A DNA stretch of 30,857 nucleotides from an uncultured Clostridia bacterium (GTDB lineage Bacteria > Bacillota > Clostridia > TANB77 > RGIG9151). Where the stretch lies: positions 1 through 30,857 of the forward strand of contig CAKSUD010000014.1 of NCBI GenBank assembly GCA_934500865.1, in the 5' to 3' direction. Positions 1 through 9,079 of this stretch are shown here, piece after piece; position 1 is the stretch's first letter, and every line of letters starts with the position of its first letter. The notes beneath the pieces are model-generated. The model did no database searches. It worked only from the letters and a program-made list of their open reading frames with translations, and was not told where the DNA came from. Both the position numbers and the translations under genes were made by a program.

Positions 1-35
1 AATTTCTTTTAAATGTACTGTAATAAAATCTATCA

Positions 36-1259
36 TTACTTTACAAATACCTTTCTGAAATTCTTTTTACCACGTTTTACAACCAAACCTTCGCCTTTTA
101 ATTCACCTATTTCAAAAGTTTTCTTAGCATCTGCAATTTTTTCGCTATTTACAGTTACTCCACCTTGCTCAACAGCACGCCTACCTTCGGCTCTTGAAGG
201 AACCAATTCACTTTTTTGAAGAATAGATAAAATATCTATTTTGCCATCATTGAAATCTGCTTCTGTTAATTCTGTTGTAGGCATATTCTCAGCACTTCCG
301 GCACTAAATAACGCTCTTGCACTCTCTTGTGCACGTATTGCATCTTCTTCACTGTGAACAAGTTTTGTAAGTTCAAATGCTAAAATTTCTTTTGCACGGT
401 TAAGTTCTGCTCCTTCCCATTTTTCCATCTCACGAATTTCTTCAATAGGTAAAAATGTAAGCATTTTTAAGCACTTAATAACATCAGCATCATTAACATT
501 TCTCCAATATTGATAAAATTCAAATGGAGAAGTTTTGTTAGGGTCAAGCCATACTGCACCGGATTCTGTTTTTCCCATTTTCTTACCTTCTGAATTTAAA
601 AGCAAATTAATTGTCATGGCATATGCATCTTTACCTAATTTACGGCGAATAAGTTCTGTACCACCAAGCATATTACTCCATTGGTCATCTCCACCAAATT
701 GCATATTGCATCCATATTTTTGATATAAAACATAAAAATCATAGCTTTGCATTATCATATAGTTAAATTCAAAGAAAGTAAGTCCCCTTTCCATTCTTTG
801 TTTATAACATTCGGCAGCTAACATTCTATTAACGCTAAAGTGTGCTCCAACATCTCTTAGCATATCCACATAGTTCAAATCAAGTAGCCAATCGGCATTA
901 TTTACAACAAGAGCCTTGCCTTCTGAGAAGTCTATAAACTTGCTCATTTGCTTTTTAAAACATTCGCAGTTATGTTGTATATCCTCTTTTGTAAGCATTT
1001 TTCTCATATCTGTTTTGCCGGAAGGATCACCAATCATTCCTGTTCCTCCACCAAGTAATGCGATAGGTTTATTTCCTGCCATTTGTAGTCTCTTCATAAG
1101 GCATAATGCCATAAAATGTCCAACATGTAAACTGTCTGCGGTAGGATCAAATCCAATATAAAATGTTGCCTTCCCTGCATTAATAAGTTCTTTGATTTCT
1201 TCTTCATCAGTAAGTTGTGCAAGTAACCCTCTTTCCTTTAATTCATCAAAAATCGTCAT
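36..1259 (-). CDS. tyrS: tyrosine--tRNA ligase
   Basis: 407-aa ORF with a class I HIGH-type motif (HVGH), a KMSKS-type motif (KMGKT) and a C-terminal S4-like domain. RBS aggagg lies upstream and a Tyr T-box leader precedes it. Confidence 0.95.
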   Translation of the reverse strand: MTIFDELKERGLLAQLTDEEEIKELINAGKATFYIGFDPTADSLHVGHFMALCLMKRLQMAGNKPIALLGGGTGMIGDPSGKTDMRKMLTKEDIQHNCECFKKQMSKFIDFSEGKALVVNNADWLLDLNYVDMLRDVGAHFSVNRMLAAECYKQRMERGLTFFEFNYMIMQSYDFYVLYQKYGCNMQFGGDDQWSNMLGGTELIRRKLGKDAYAMTINLLLNSEGKKMGKTESGAVWLDPNKTSPFEFYQYWRNVNDADVIKCLKMLTFLPIEEIREMEKWEGAELNRAKEILAFELTKLVHSEEDAIRAQESARALFSAGSAENMPTTELTEADFNDGKIDILSILQKSELVPSRAEGRRAVEQGGVTVNSEKIADAKKTFEIGELKGEGLVVKRGKKNFRKVFVK

Positions 1260-1261
1260 TT

Positions 1262-1540
1262 TAATTCCTCCTTTAAATACAAAAAACCCGTCCTCATAAA
1301 GGACGAGTTTACTCTCGTGTTACCACCTTAATTCATAAATCATTCACATGATTTACCTCATAAAGTACAGCTTATCGCGATACCTTTGCATTATAACGTA
1401 TGCCAAACGTCGTAGCCTACTATCTTTTTCGGTACGCAGCTCAAAGATGTATTCGTAATTAACATTCTTGCACCTCTCATCAACCGGTAACTTTCTTTAA
1501 TAAGTTTAATTACTACTTCTTCTCATCATCGCTTTTAACA
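1262..1540 (-). promoter_or_regulatory. T-box leader (tRNA-Tyr responsive) controlling tyrS
   Basis: The - strand reads GAATTAAGGTGGTAACACGAGAGT (1311-1334), matching the conserved T-box sequence. This overlaps an antiterminator/terminator alternative. A GA/k-turn-like TGATGAG and an AGTA element lie near the 5' end. The candidate specifier is GAA-UAC-A, with the UAC Tyr codon at 1449-1451. Confidence 0.85.
1281..1310 (-). terminator. intrinsic terminator (attenuator) of the tyrS T-box leader
   Basis: The - strand forms hairpin CTCGTCC-TTTATGA-GGACGGG followed by TTTTTT, immediately 3' of the T-box sequence and about 20 nt before the tyrS RBS. Confidence 0.8.
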
Positions 1541-1545
1541 TATTT

Positions 1546-1574
1546 ATCATAGTCTATTTTACAACATTTGTCAA
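1546..1574 (-). promoter_or_regulatory. sigma-A type promoter for the tyrS leader
   Basis: The - strand has TTGACA (1569-1574), a 17-nt spacer and TATGAT (1546-1551), just upstream of the T-box leader. Confidence 0.6.
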
Positions 1575-1610
1575 CAACTTTCCACCAGTTTTTTTGAGTG
1601 CTATAGAACA

Positions 1611-1639
1611 TTGACTTATTATGTCTTTCGATGTATAAT
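1611..1639 (+). promoter_or_regulatory. sigma-A type promoter for the GNAT-like orphan gene
   Basis: TTGACT (1611-1616), a 17-nt spacer and TATAAT (1634-1639). It is back-to-back with the tyrS promoter. Confidence 0.6.
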
Positions 1640-1726
1640 GGAATAGTTGCACAATCATATATATTTATTTGCAGTTTTATTCATGCAAAATTTTAACCTT
1701 TGAGAAATTTTATGGAGGTATACGTT

Positions 1727-2632
1727 ATGAGTACATTTATCGAAGTTACACCTGAGAACATGCAACAATACATCGAGAAAATAATGGACTTGCAAGAAAA
1801 AGTACATGAGAATTTAAAGAATTCCAACAAAGAAGACTTTTTCTTTGGTAGCTCTGAGAAAGACATCGTAGGACATGTGAAATCTGAGACAAGCGTTGTT
1901 TCTTTGATAAAATCTGATTCCGACATCGTTTCGGTATGCTTTTTTACATTCAACCACTCCGCTTATAACGACTTGACCTCCTACATTAGGAATTCTCAAG
2001 TCTACCGCAATTTCATACTTTCGTCCTATAACATGGTCACTTTGATATCGACATACATTGCAAACGTTCGAGCATACTGTAACCTAAAAGACAGTGACGT
2101 TTTAAGTAAAGACTTAATTCAAAAAGCATTTGAAAAAGCTAGTGCAAACGACTTTTTTGAAGATGACCCTTTAAGAAAAGAGTTAGCAGATATTCTTATG
2201 AACTGTGGAATTCTCTCAGACTTTGCTTATCCCTGGCTTGTCTCTGATGACTTACCTATGTACTTCTCGGACGAAGCAAAGACTATCTCGGCAGAATACG
2301 ACAAATTCATCTCGCTTTTCAATTATAAATATGTCTACTCTGCTGAAAAGTTATCGCCTGTCATTATGGACTTAACTGACTATACTGTTGGACGGTTAGA
2401 CACATATTTTACAAATCCGATGTACCAAAACCAAGGATTCGCTTCAAAATTAGCAAATTGGACAATCGAACGAGCATTAATGCGAAAGAGTGGCATAAAA
2501 GCCATTAGTGCCACTTCGCATCCAAAGAACTACGTTTCGCAGCACATCCTAAAGGAAATGAATTTTGAGACATTCTTTACGGTAGAAAGACACAAAGGCA
2601 TTCTAAGAGACGTTATGTTTAAACTGCTCTAA
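1727..2632 (+). CDS. GNAT-family N-acetyltransferase-like protein (301 aa) with a long atypical N-terminal region
   Basis: ATG at 1727 is preceded by GGAGG 8 nt upstream; the track start at 1700 is a TTG extension. The C-terminal region has a GNAT motif-A-like acetyl-CoA site (YQNQGFASKLANW, Q-x-x-G-x-A) followed by a beta-strand/N..A..GF-like segment. Codon usage is unlike the neighbours. Confidence 0.6.
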   Translation: MSTFIEVTPENMQQYIEKIMDLQEKVHENLKNSNKEDFFFGSSEKDIVGHVKSETSVVSLIKSDSDIVSVCFFTFNHSAYNDLTSYIRNSQVYRNFILSSYNMVTLISTYIANVRAYCNLKDSDVLSKDLIQKAFEKASANDFFEDDPLRKELADILMNCGILSDFAYPWLVSDDLPMYFSDEAKTISAEYDKFISLFNYKYVYSAEKLSPVIMDLTDYTVGRLDTYFTNPMYQNQGFASKLANWTIERALMRKSGIKAISATSHPKNYVSQHILKEMNFETFFTVERHKGILRDVMFKLL

Positions 2633-2636
2633 AAGA

Positions 2637-2660
2637 AAAGCACCCTCACGGGTGCTTTTT
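2637..2660. terminator. bidirectional intrinsic terminator between convergent genes
   Basis: Hairpin GCACCC-TCAC-GGGTGC has an A-run before it and a T-run after it. It lies between the stops at 2632 (+) and 2664 (-). Confidence 0.7.
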
Positions 2661-2663
2661 CTT

Positions 2664-2996
2664 TTAACCTATTTTAAATACTGCCTGAACCTGATTATTT
2701 ATGGCTAAAAAGATTTTATTTGCTGTATCTCCTTTTAACATTATATTTCGTTCACGCATTACTTTTTCATTTCCGAGTAAAATTTCATCATTATCGATTT
2801 TACCCAAAACTCCAAAATCATGAAACTCCTTAAGTTTCTTAACATTTGCCGTTTCAATTCTATCATCTAACTTTGAAATTGCGTTAGAAATAGGATTTTT
2901 TACTGTTGAAGCAATCCCTTTAGCATAAGACATTACTTTCACAGTCTTTTCAAGTCCAACAAAATCTACAAACAAAATTCTAACGTCTTCTGTCAT
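2664..2996 (-). CDS. stand-alone fragment resembling the nucleotide-binding (N) domain of heavy-metal P-type ATPases; possible gene remnant
   Basis: The 110-aa ORF aligns by eye to the CopA/CadA N-domain. STVKNPIS sits where SEHPL is expected, and ILLGNEKVMRERNI and IFLAINNQVQAVFKI match the VLVGN..LM..NI and the ..VA.DG...G.I.. segments. There are no TM, DKTGT or GDGxND regions. A plausible RBS (ggcggagg) is present. Confidence 0.45.
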   Translation of the reverse strand: MTEDVRILFVDFVGLEKTVKVMSYAKGIASTVKNPISNAISKLDDRIETANVKKLKEFHDFGVLGKIDNDEILLGNEKVMRERNIMLKGDTANKIFLAINNQVQAVFKIG

Positions 2997-3021
2997 ACAG
3001 CCAAAACCTCCGCCTTTTATA

Positions 3022-5235
3022 TTATCTGTCTATTCCGCAATTAATTAGTTTAATTGCCATAGTTACTGCTTCAGCACGAGTTACATTCTTATTTGGGTTT
3101 ACATTTCCTATTTCATCCCCACCAATAATATTTAATGCCTTTGCTAAAGCAATATATCCCATATCGTCTTTACTTATTGTAGCTAAATCACTAAACTCAA
3201 CTTTATAAATATCTTTTAACTCAGCAACCTTTGTAAGCCCTAACTTATCAATGATAATTTTTATAGTTTCAATTTTAGTAAGTGAATCCTTCTCACTTTC
3301 TTCCTTGTAGCCATAGTAACCTAGTTTTTGGAGCATATCATTAAGCTCTTTTTCGGTTATTTCCTTGTTTGGCATAAAGCTTTCACCTTCAAAATTAACA
3401 TTTAAGTCAGTAATAAGCTTTATATCCCTCTCAGCCCAAAATCCTTCTATATCGTTATATTCCTTTTCGTCTTCATCCTCATAAACATCACCGTTATAAT
3501 TTAATTGTTTCCCGGTAAAAGGTGAAATTATTGCTGGATTAACATTAGTTCTATAAACTAACCTAGCTTCTTTTTCGAGTAAATATAACTCACTATAATC
3601 ATAATATTCATTTGAATTTCTATTATCATCAATATAATGCTTGTTATTAATTTCATATACTAGTTCAAATCCATCAGTATTAAGGTATGCGTTAATTGCA
3701 TCTTTTGCAGTCATAGCACCTTTTGGAGATTCAAAAACAATGTCATCAGTCCAATTAGTGGAGTACGCATATATTTTCCCGGTAACACCATCAACAGCGC
3801 CATATATATTGTTATATGAATATTCTATCCCCTCGTTATATCTGTTATACGTATATGAATAGCCTCCATATACATTCTTATCATTAACGATTTTTAAAAC
3901 ATAACCGCATTCTAAGTCGTTTGAAAGCTTCGTATCTTTAAACTTTTCAGGTTCCGTCTTTTTAATAAACGCCTCTAATACTTTTTTACATTCATCGTTA
4001 CTATACTTAACATTTATGTCCTTCCACTCTTTAGAGTCTTTATCATAATACCCCGGTGTACTTGCTCTAAAATAAAGTATTTTTCCAGTCTTTGCATCAA
4101 CAGTAGCAGATATATTAGCTCTATACGTATCGCCCTTGTCGTAGTCCACTTTTCTTGGATCAAACAAGTTAATTCTCCATACATATTCACTTTTCTCTTC
4201 ATCATATCTACCATACTTTAAGCACAAGCTTGCATCTACTGCTTTAGCGTCTCCCGAAATAAGAAAACTCTTTTCACTTGTGATAATTTTTACTGCGTCT
4301 TCCTTAGAAATTAGTCCCTTTATTTCCTCTATCTTCTCAATCTCAGCCTCAGTAAATTTCGTGCTATTACTCATCATTGACTTACTTTCGGACTCCAAAG
4401 CATTTGTGTCTTGGTATTCGTCCATAGAAAAATATTCATCGTGCGTATCATAAATTTCACCGGTTTTAGCATCAATAGCGACATAATACTTGTCAGGAAC
4501 GTAAACCAAATATGCCTTTACAACATTTTTTCCATCTACTTCTTCAACTTTATTTCTATATTGAAGTGACATATCTACATTTTCACCGATTTTTGCTTTA
4601 GCATCTTCCTCCGTAACCAATATTTCGCCACTTGGAATTTTTACATCATATTCCCAGTTACAAGAAAAACTTATAATATCTCCTGTATCATATCTTAATG
4701 TAACACTAACCGTATTATCCGGCATTTTAATGCCATTCTCTACTCGTGTAAAGTTATATGTATAGCTACTGGAATACATACCGTTAAATACAGCCTTTTC
4801 AAACACCATACGCTCAGCAATACTAGGAGCTAACTTTTTAATTTCAGCCTTTGCATTTTCCAAAAGTTCCTCTTTTAAAAATTTAGGTCCTACTTTTTCA
4901 AGATTTGAATTGTAAAAATTGTAGTATGAAATATTACCTTTATCATCGCAATTAACTCTTATAGATAATTTATAGTCTTTGTCTCTCCAAATCAAATTCC
5001 AGTAAGGATTTCTTGAATAATTATTAGAAACATAATTATAAGAAAATTCAGTAAGCTCCTCCGGTATATCTATTTTAGACTTAACATTTATAATCGCATT
5101 TTTTAACCCCTCCGACGAATCAGAAACAGTCGATGAAATCGGGTTTGCAACTAATCTGGTTGCTGCCATTGCCGGTGTACCGAAAGTCCCAATTGCAATA
5201 CAAGGTGCTATCATTCCTGCTAAAATTTTTTTCAT
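3022..5235 (-). CDS. secreted cell-envelope protein with PepSY-like repeats and C-terminal SLH-type domains
   Basis: The 737-aa ORF has an N-terminal signal peptide (MKKILAGMIAPCIAIGTFGTPAMAA). DAKTG(E/K)I / DGVTGKIY motifs, typical of PepSY-like modules, recur. The C-terminus has two SLH-like segments (..F.D...W....I.......G....F.PN..ITR/EKE..). Confidence 0.7.
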   Translation of the reverse strand: MKKILAGMIAPCIAIGTFGTPAMAATRLVANPISSTVSDSSEGLKNAIINVKSKIDIPEELTEFSYNYVSNNYSRNPYWNLIWRDKDYKLSIRVNCDDKGNISYYNFYNSNLEKVGPKFLKEELLENAKAEIKKLAPSIAERMVFEKAVFNGMYSSSYTYNFTRVENGIKMPDNTVSVTLRYDTGDIISFSCNWEYDVKIPSGEILVTEEDAKAKIGENVDMSLQYRNKVEEVDGKNVVKAYLVYVPDKYYVAIDAKTGEIYDTHDEYFSMDEYQDTNALESESKSMMSNSTKFTEAEIEKIEEIKGLISKEDAVKIITSEKSFLISGDAKAVDASLCLKYGRYDEEKSEYVWRINLFDPRKVDYDKGDTYRANISATVDAKTGKILYFRASTPGYYDKDSKEWKDINVKYSNDECKKVLEAFIKKTEPEKFKDTKLSNDLECGYVLKIVNDKNVYGGYSYTYNRYNEGIEYSYNNIYGAVDGVTGKIYAYSTNWTDDIVFESPKGAMTAKDAINAYLNTDGFELVYEINNKHYIDDNRNSNEYYDYSELYLLEKEARLVYRTNVNPAIISPFTGKQLNYNGDVYEDEDEKEYNDIEGFWAERDIKLITDLNVNFEGESFMPNKEITEKELNDMLQKLGYYGYKEESEKDSLTKIETIKIIIDKLGLTKVAELKDIYKVEFSDLATISKDDMGYIALAKALNIIGGDEIGNVNPNKNVTRAEAVTMAIKLINCGIDR

Positions 5236-5308
5236 AATGAAAATTCCTCCTTTTAAATAAAATACACTTCACATTTAATTAGACGAACTACATTAAAAAT
5301 ATGTTTCA

Positions 5309-6619
5309 TTAAAAAGGAAATCCCCTTTTGTTATTTTTAAACTTTTTCATCATTTTTTTCATTTCTTCGAATTGCTTCAACAATCTATTAACATCTTGAA
5401 CTTGCATTCCAGAACCAGCCGCAATTCTCTTTTTACGACTTGCATTCACAATTTCAGGCTTTTCTCTTTCTTTTGGGGTCATAGACAAAATAATTGCTTC
5501 AACTCTAGCAACTTGCTTATCATCAATTTGAATATCTTTAAGTTGTGCACCCATTCCTGGTATCATGCCAAGTAATTGACTTATCGGTCCCATTTTCTTA
5601 ATTTGTTGCATTTGGCTTAAGAAATCCTCTAATGTAAAAGTCGCCTCACGCAATTTCTTTTCAAGCTTTAATGCTTCCTCTTCTTCAAAGTTTTCTTGTG
5701 CTTTTTCAATTAGAGAAAGAACATCTCCCATTCCTAAAATTCTAGACGCCATTCTATCAGGATAAAAAGGTTCTAAATCACTTAATTTTTCTCCAACACT
5801 TGCAAATTTTATAGGCTTACCGGTTACCGCTTTAGCAGATAACGCAGCGCCACCTCTAGTGTCACCGTCTAGCTTACTCATAACAATTCCGCTAATTTCA
5901 AGTCTTTCGTTAAAAGCTGTAGCAACATTTAATGCGTCTTGACCTGTCATTGCATCAATAACAAGTAAAATCTCAGTTGGGTTAATTGCATTTTTTAAAT
6001 TTGTAACTTCGTTCATAAGCTCCTCATCAACATGCAATCTTCCGGCCGTATCTACAATAACAACATCATTTCCTTTTTGCTTTGCTAATTTTATTCCTTC
6101 TGTAGCAATTTTAACAACATCCTTAGTTTCGCGCATAGCAAAAACAGGTATATCCAGTTGTTTTCCCAATACCTCTAATTGGTCAATTGCGGCAGGTCTA
6201 TATACATCACACGCAACTAAAAGTGGTTTTTTGCCGTTTTTTCTAACAAAATTAGCTATTTTTCCACTTGCAGTAGTTTTACCCGAACCTTGTAATCCGG
6301 CCATTAAAATGACCGTTATACCATTTGGATTAAAATTAAGTTTACTTGGCTCTTTTCCCAATAACTCGATTAATTCCTCATTAACGATTTTTACAATTTG
6401 TTGGCCAGGTGTAAGGCTTTTTAATACATCTTGCCCCATAGCCTTTTCAGAAATTTTCGCAATAAAATCCTTAACGACCTTAAAGTTAACATCAGCCTCA
6501 AGCAAAGCAAGTTTTAACTCACGCGAAATCGCCTTAACATCTTCCTCCGTAACTCGTGATTTGCCACGTATTTTTTTCATTATTCCTTGTATCTTTTCTG
6601 AGAAACCTTCAAATACCAT
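5309..6619 (-). CDS. ffh: signal recognition particle protein Ffh
   Basis: 436 aa with the SRP54 N domain, GTPase motifs GLQGSGKTT and DTAGR, and a Met-rich M domain (GMIPGMG). Confidence 0.95.
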   Translation of the reverse strand: MVFEGFSEKIQGIMKKIRGKSRVTEEDVKAISRELKLALLEADVNFKVVKDFIAKISEKAMGQDVLKSLTPGQQIVKIVNEELIELLGKEPSKLNFNPNGITVILMAGLQGSGKTTASGKIANFVRKNGKKPLLVACDVYRPAAIDQLEVLGKQLDIPVFAMRETKDVVKIATEGIKLAKQKGNDVVIVDTAGRLHVDEELMNEVTNLKNAINPTEILLVIDAMTGQDALNVATAFNERLEISGIVMSKLDGDTRGGAALSAKAVTGKPIKFASVGEKLSDLEPFYPDRMASRILGMGDVLSLIEKAQENFEEEEALKLEKKLREATFTLEDFLSQMQQIKKMGPISQLLGMIPGMGAQLKDIQIDDKQVARVEAIILSMTPKEREKPEIVNASRKKRIAAGSGMQVQDVNRLLKQFEEMKKMMKKFKNNKRGFPF

Positions 6620-6653
6620 AATTATATATCCTCACAATTCTAAAATATGTAAT

Positions 6654-6893
6654 CTACTTTTCATTTTTAAATTGTTGCTCCATAAGTTTTAATTTTGATT
6701 CCGTATCATATAAAACTTTTTCCGAACGCTTTAAGCTGTCTGAGACACCTTGTTTGCTTATATTAAGCTCCTCCGCGATTTCAGATAATGACAAATTATC
6801 TTCATAATATAAATTCATAATTTCTCTTTGACGCTCGGTCAACATATTGCCATAAAAATCGAGCAGCAATGCAATTTCCACATTTTTATCCAT
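6654..6893 (-). CDS. ylxM: YlxM/UPF0122 putative helix-turn-helix protein
   Basis: 79 aa with the sigma-70 region-4-like motif LTERQREIMNLYYEDNLSLSEIAEELNISKQGVSD. It sits in the conserved position immediately upstream of ffh. Confidence 0.85.
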   Translation of the reverse strand: MDKNVEIALLLDFYGNMLTERQREIMNLYYEDNLSLSEIAEELNISKQGVSDSLKRSEKVLYDTESKLKLMEQQFKNEK

Positions 6894-6926
6894 AAAAGTT
6901 CACCTCAAACTCATATATAGATGTAG

Positions 6927-6954
6927 TTTATACCATAACTTTTAAGTTTGTCAA
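6927..6954 (-). promoter_or_regulatory. sigma-A type promoter for ylxM-ffh
   Basis: The - strand has TTGACA (6949-6954), a 16-nt spacer ending in TGG, and TATAAA (6927-6932), an extended -10. Confidence 0.55.
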
Positions 6955-6963
6955 ATAAACACA

Positions 6964-7452
6964 TTATATCAATTCTTCAAAGCCATTTTTTAGTTTAGAC
7001 AATTCGCTGTTTGTATATCTTGTATCATTTGTAACTTCTTTCTTTACCCAACTCGGCACATTAAAAGAATTAGCCTCTTCCACACTGTCAAACTCAACCT
7101 CAAGACAAGCAAGTCCCTCTAAATTTCCTTTAAAAACATCTAATTCAAATTTCTTATCGTTTTCAAAAGTAATGTATCTATTCTTGCTTATCTTATTTAT
7201 ATCTTCTCTGCCTATTAACTTAGAATAGGCTTCTTTAGAAATCTTAAACTCTATTTCATTTCTTACTAAACTATTATCTGTACTAGATTTAAAAGTCATA
7301 TAATATTCGGAATTAGAAATAGCTCTTATCCTAATCGCAGGATTATGCAAAATATATCCTTGTTCAATTTCCTTCTTCTCAAGTGTCAGTAAATCATACG
7401 GAATTTTATTAACATCTACCAAAAATTTTCTCTCAATCTCCAAATTCTTCAT
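6964..7452 (-). CDS. CYTH domain protein (triphosphate tunnel metalloenzyme family)
   Basis: 162 aa with the N-terminal signature EIERKFLV, typical of CYTH/CyaB-ThTPase family proteins. Confidence 0.85.
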   Translation of the reverse strand: MKNLEIERKFLVDVNKIPYDLLTLEKKEIEQGYILHNPAIRIRAISNSEYYMTFKSSTDNSLVRNEIEFKISKEAYSKLIGREDINKISKNRYITFENDKKFELDVFKGNLEGLACLEVEFDSVEEANSFNVPSWVKKEVTNDTRYTNSELSKLKNGFEELI

Positions 7453-7468
7453 AAGTCATCTCTCCCAA

Positions 7469-8593
7469 TTAAAATTTTAATCCGGTTTTTCTAATTGAAA
7501 CTCCTAAAATAATACCAATAGCTGCCATATTAGTAAGCATCGCGCTTCCACCATAGCTCACAAACGGTAAAGGAATACCTGTTACAGGAACCAAGCCCAT
7601 GGTCATTCCTACATTTATAAAAATATGGAATGCAAACATAGTAGAAAGTCCAACAACAATAAGCCTTCCCTCTTCGTCTCTAGCATCCTTTGCCACGAAA
7701 TAACAATTTATTACTAAAGCAAGTAAAAGAATAATTAGCAAAGTCGCTATAATAAAGCCCATTTCCTCAGCAATTGCTGCAAAAATAAAGTCAGTAGTTT
7801 GTGCAAATAAATATCCCAGTTGTGTCTGAGTTCCACTATATAATCCCATTCCTGAAACTTGACCAGCTCCGACTGCAAGTTTTGACTGAAGTACATGGTA
7901 ACCTGCACCGGTAGGATCTAGGGTAGGGTCTAAAAACACCTTTATACGATTTTTTTGAACATTTGACAGTAGACCAAAATACACTAACGGTACAGCCACT
8001 ACAAGCATCAAAATTCCATATCCTATATACTTATAGTCAATTCCCCAAACAAAAACCATAGCTAAAACAGCGGCAACAAAAACCATACCCGTTCCGAAAT
8101 CCGGTTGCTTTAAAATCAAAAGTATTGGTACGCCCAAAATTACTCCTATTCCTATTATTCTAAGTAAATATTCCTTTGTACTGTAACTTCTCTTTTTAAG
8201 TGATGTAAGTAACTTGGCAGTAGCCAAAATAAGAACAATCTTAGAAATTTCAGATGGTTGAAATGCTATTCTTCCATTAAAAAATTGGAACCAACTTCGT
8301 GCATTACCTTTAGGTTCAGTAAATAGTACGAGTACAAGCATAATCAAACATACCCCATAAAATACATACCAGTATTTTAAATACAGTTCATAATCTATGC
8401 TCATAACAGCAATTAAAGCTATTGCACCTATGACAATCGCTATTGATTGTTTCTTAACATTCGAGAAATTAGGGTCAGTAGAATGTGAAGCACTTGCCAG
8501 TCCTATCATCCCAATAATAAGGATAGCCACTATAAGTGCAATAATCCTAAATTCCTTACTTTTTACTATTTTCCAAAAATTCATCATCATCAC
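7469..8593 (-). CDS. rodA: SEDS family peptidoglycan polymerase (FtsW/RodA/SpoVE), probably RodA
   Basis: 374-aa polytopic membrane protein with SEDS hallmarks (QPSE, KQPDFGT, GLVPVTGIPLPFVSYGGS). It lies downstream of minDE. The exact start among the MMMM codons (8584-8593) is uncertain. Confidence 0.85.
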   Translation of the reverse strand: MMMMNFWKIVKSKEFRIIALIVAILIIGMIGLASASHSTDPNFSNVKKQSIAIVIGAIALIAVMSIDYELYLKYWYVFYGVCLIMLVLVLFTEPKGNARSWFQFFNGRIAFQPSEISKIVLILATAKLLTSLKKRSYSTKEYLLRIIGIGVILGVPILLILKQPDFGTGMVFVAAVLAMVFVWGIDYKYIGYGILMLVVAVPLVYFGLLSNVQKNRIKVFLDPTLDPTGAGYHVLQSKLAVGAGQVSGMGLYSGTQTQLGYLFAQTTDFIFAAIAEEMGFIIATLLIILLLALVINCYFVAKDARDEEGRLIVVGLSTMFAFHIFINVGMTMGLVPVTGIPLPFVSYGGSAMLTNMAAIGIILGVSIRKTGLKF

Positions 8594-8600
8594 CTATACT

Positions 8601-8627
8601 AAAAAAGGACGATGACTAACATCGCCC
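8601..8627 (-). terminator. intrinsic terminator or attenuator after minE
   Basis: The - strand forms hairpin GGGCGATG-TTAGT-CATCGTCC followed by TTTTTT, only about 8 nt before the rodA start region. Confidence 0.6.
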
Positions 8628-8635
8628 TTTTAATT

Positions 8636-9040
8636 TTACTTTTTCGCTGATTTTTTAGTAGATTTCTTAGGTTTTACATCAGTCTCAACATTCTTGGCTT
8701 TTTCAACTTTCTCTTCAATTTTTTCTTCTGCTTTTTCCTTTTCGATATTAATCTTTTCAGCATCTGACGATTTAACATTTAAAATTGGAATATTTGCAAC
8801 CAATGCAGGAACAATTCTGTCACCGGCATCGCTCTTTGTTTTAGTAAGTTGAATATCCAAAGAATCTTCATCTATCTCCATATATTGTTTTATTACTTTT
8901 ATAATTTCACCTTTAACCATTTCTAAGAATTGTGGCGAAACATTTGCTTTATCGTGAATTAACACAAGCTTTAATCTTTCCTTAGCCAAGTTTTTAGAAT
9001 TTTCTTCCTTTTTGAATAGCTTTAAGATATTGTCAAACAC
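8636..9040 (-). CDS. minE: cell division topological specificity factor MinE with a Lys/Glu-rich C-terminal extension
   Basis: GTG start with RBS gggagagg. The N-terminal approx 90 aa are typical of MinE (AKERLKLVLIHDK.., ..IPILNVK). They are followed by an approx 45-aa low-complexity K/E tail. Confidence 0.9.
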   Translation of the reverse strand: MFDNILKLFKKEENSKNLAKERLKLVLIHDKANVSPQFLEMVKGEIIKVIKQYMEIDEDSLDIQLTKTKSDAGDRIVPALVANIPILNVKSSDAEKINIEKEKAEEKIEEKVEKAKNVETDVKPKKSTKKSAKK

Positions 9041-9079
9041 AATTTACCTCTCCCTTCAATATAATCAACACAGACTATA

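Noticed and set aside
6231-6692. 153-aa + strand ORF, and similar track ORFs such as 9012-9533, 13-219, 535-723, 916-1161, 12881-13195, 23667-24056 and 20418-20732
   Set aside because: They lie antisense inside confidently identified genes (ffh, minD, tyrS and others). They have low-complexity S/F/L/I-rich translations and no RBS. They are shadow ORFs typical of AT-rich DNA.
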